Shown here one piece after another: positions 61,606-64,000 of a stretch of DNA of 64,000 nucleotides. This DNA is from Macrostomum lignano. Taxonomy: Eukaryota. Positions within the stretch are counted from its first letter, which is position 1, and every line of letters starts with the position of its first letter. The position numbers and the translations under genes are program-made. The DNA lies in the NCBI GenBank assembly GCA_002269645.1, contig NIVC01001249.1:162654-226653 (forward strand). The letters are read 5' to 3'. Under the pieces are notes generated by a model that did no database searches, was not told where the DNA came from, and saw nothing but the letters and a program-made list of their open reading frames with translations.

Positions 61606-63301
61606 TCAGCGAACCAGCTGTGTTTCAATGCATCTGCTGTTGCTGCCTCCTGTGCCGCCGCCGCCGCCGCTTCTGCTGCTGCTACGGTTAGCTTTGGTCA
61701 AAGGAAAATGCCAGAACAGCAGCAGGCGAGCGAATAGTTCTAGAAATTCAAACGTACTAATGATTGATACTCCGAGCCAGAGGCCGAGAATGCCTCCAAT
61801 GTCCGACGCCAGATTTCGGTCCGGATAGGCCCAGCTCTCGCGCATCACACTGCCCATTGTAGAATGGGTATAGATTGTCAGTTTGGCGAACGACTCTCTA
61901 AAGGCTGGCTCTCGGTGCTCGTCGGACATTCGACGCTGAATCTCCACCAAGGTGGTCAAATCGTCGCCCTGTTCAGCGGCAAGTGCGATTGTCCGCTCGA
62001 CGGCTTCGGCCAGGGCCTGGCTGGTCTCGTTGCAGGCGCTCGGCCAACGGTTCTGCGTGAAGCGCATCTCGTAGCGCACGTTTTTGCAGCGCAGCGGGCA
62101 AACGTCCGGGGCTAGGCCAGACGTCTTCTTGTGAATCTCGCTGACTACGGAATCGTGACAGGCCCTCCGGTGCTCGGCGGCTTGGTTGCGCTCGATTGCC
62201 GCCTCGGCCTCGGTGGCCGCCTGCTGGTCGATGCTCTCCATGAGGCTCTCCCGGCTAATGCTGTGGCAGAACGGCACGCTCAGATTAGAATTCAGATTGG
62301 CTGGCAGCGGCAGAGCCTCCGAAACGCAGGAACAGTTAGTGCGCAAGTAGGTTTGGTAAGTGTTGACGAGGCAGTCCCTGATAGTGTACCTGTACTCAGT
62401 GATTCGGTTATACCTGTCGACAAACTTCACCGTTTGAAAGTTAGCATCAAGCGAGCAGTTTTTCAGCACGACCTCCTCCGTGTAGCCCAGCTGTACATAG
62501 GTGCTGGTGTCTCTCTGCACGTAGAAGCCTTCCAGTAGTTCGGGCCGAGTGCCCGGTTCGTGGATGACGCGCGGAATCCTTCGGAGTAGCTAAGTGACTC
62601 CTCACCTGTAATAAAATTCTTCACGTCGCCGACGTACATGATGACGTTTAGGCCGCCGTCTCGCTCGCCGCCGACAATGAGGTGCCGCTCGGTTGGCGCA
62701 AACGTGTAACAGCTGAAATAGTTCGGTCTACGTAGAGGCTGAAGTTTCTATACGAGCAGCTGTCTCCGGCAAAGTCGCAGTGCAGAATCATCTCCTGCCG
62801 TTGCTTAGTAATGTTCAACTCACGTAGGTAGGACTTTATCGAGTGCATCACGTCGGCGTTAATGCTGATATTTGTGTCGGCGTTCTCTCCCGGATCCCAG
62901 AAGGTGCGAATATGATGCAGCAGCTCGTGAGTGCTAATGTTCAAACTAGGAACCGGCGGATTCTGCTGATAGCGCAATCGGCTGAAGTGACTCGTAGCGC
63001 AGATTGTCACGTCGGGGAAGACAAATTTTGTACCGTAAACGCTGGTCTCCGTGTTGACTGGCCGCTCCAAGTAGCGACTGAACAAGGCGAACAAGTGAGC
63101 GGTGAAGCCGGCTCCGGCTGCTAGGATGATAAACAGCCAAGCCGCTCTGTGCAGCGCGCCTTCGCCGTTTTCCACAATCTTGTGAAAGCCGTGCGCTGAG
63201 GTGCTGTCGCAGAATTGTCTAATCAGCTTCCTTCTACCGCCGACAATGCTGTCGGGTGTGGTTCGGTTTTCTCGGCTTCGTCTGGCTTGGATTTCTGGCA
63301 T
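61606..63301 (-). CDS. DEG/ENaC (amiloride-sensitive Na+ channel) family subunit, apparently intronless, ~565 aa if two -1 frameshifts (~62725, ~62569) are corrected; sequencing error or pseudogene
   Basis: First ATG at 63301. N-terminal TSAHGF (HG motif), TM1, FPDVTIC, Cys-rich thumb, TM2 LASDIGGILGLWLGVSIISTFEFLE. Frame-shifted segments restore VD[P]NYFSCYTF and EGFR[A]VIHEPGT. Confidence 0.85.
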
Positions 63302-64000
63302 TGCTTCTGCACTCCTGTAGCTGACTGTCGGCAGGGAAGAAGTCGCCTTTCCAAAATCAAAACTCAAATCGAACCAATTTATTAAGCTCCAGTAGATTAA
63401 TGGCTAAATCTATATAGCTATTCGTCCATTGGCTCTGACTTTGAGCACCAATAGCTGCGATTAGCATTTTTGATCCTTCGTTTATTCACATAGATTCAGT
63501 TCAGAAATAGCTACTCACGATTTAAATAGGACACTGAGGTTTCTTTCCTCTTTCCTTCTCTGTTAAAGCCTGATAAAGAGATGCTATATCCGCATGCTCA
63601 GGGTGGGTGGCTTTACTGTGCCCAGATGTAGTCTATTGGATGCAATGGACTGTTATTACTCATAACTGGTCTTTAAACTCTTTGGCATGTTTTGGAAAGT
63701 AGATAAAACATACAAAAACATACAAAGTATAAAGAGTAACAAGACAATTGTTTAAAATGGTCTTGATAGCTATAGCTATAATGCACAGGCTATTTCTCAA
63801 AACATTAATCCTTCATTTCTTCCACATTTGTTAAAAAGTGTTTTGTGTTATCTTGTCAAGGAACTAAAGCGAAGCAACGTACTGGGGCCGTTTAATATTT
63901 TTACGGAGTATTTTAGTGTCAGTACCAGCGTGTGGATGCCTCAGCAGTATCCTGCAGCGCAGTGTCTGTCTGTCGGCAAAGTTAAGCAAATACAGCTCTT

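Noticed and set aside
62579-62605. Intron at minus-strand ACAG|GTGAG (62605) in the ENaC gene
   Set aside because: Available AGs give 16-27-nt introns in the wrong phase, and the sequence reads as plausible coding (GEESLSYSEGFR).

Overview
Eukaryotic (animal) genomic DNA. Short GC-rich exons sit in introns filled with minisatellites, which suggests a free-living flatworm such as Macrostomum; the organism is my inference, not shown. Left to right: (1) a 4121-bp tandem array of a 3-exon SLC25A19-like mitochondrial thiamine-pyrophosphate carrier. Three copies are near-identical; a fourth keeps the same exon 1 but has a strongly divergent exon 2+3, i.e. a different C-terminal half. (2) A 7-exon CELF3-6/Bruno-like 3xRRM gene on the minus strand, with an internal alternative first exon that would replace RRM1 with a Q/H/N-rich segment. 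(3) A probable DUF4773-like gene. (4) About 10 kb of AT-rich decayed repeat DNA with almost complete CpG loss, where repeat units vary as TG/CA/TA at inferred ancestral CG sites. (5) A 5-exon TMEM87-like 7TM gene. (6) A candidate micro-exon chain and a MITE. (7) An apparently intronless DEG/ENaC channel ORF broken by two single-base deletions. Several intronic minisatellite units read as tandem mini-introns (GT...CAG). All exon boundaries were worked out by hand from GT/AG sites and frame continuity; no database searches were run.
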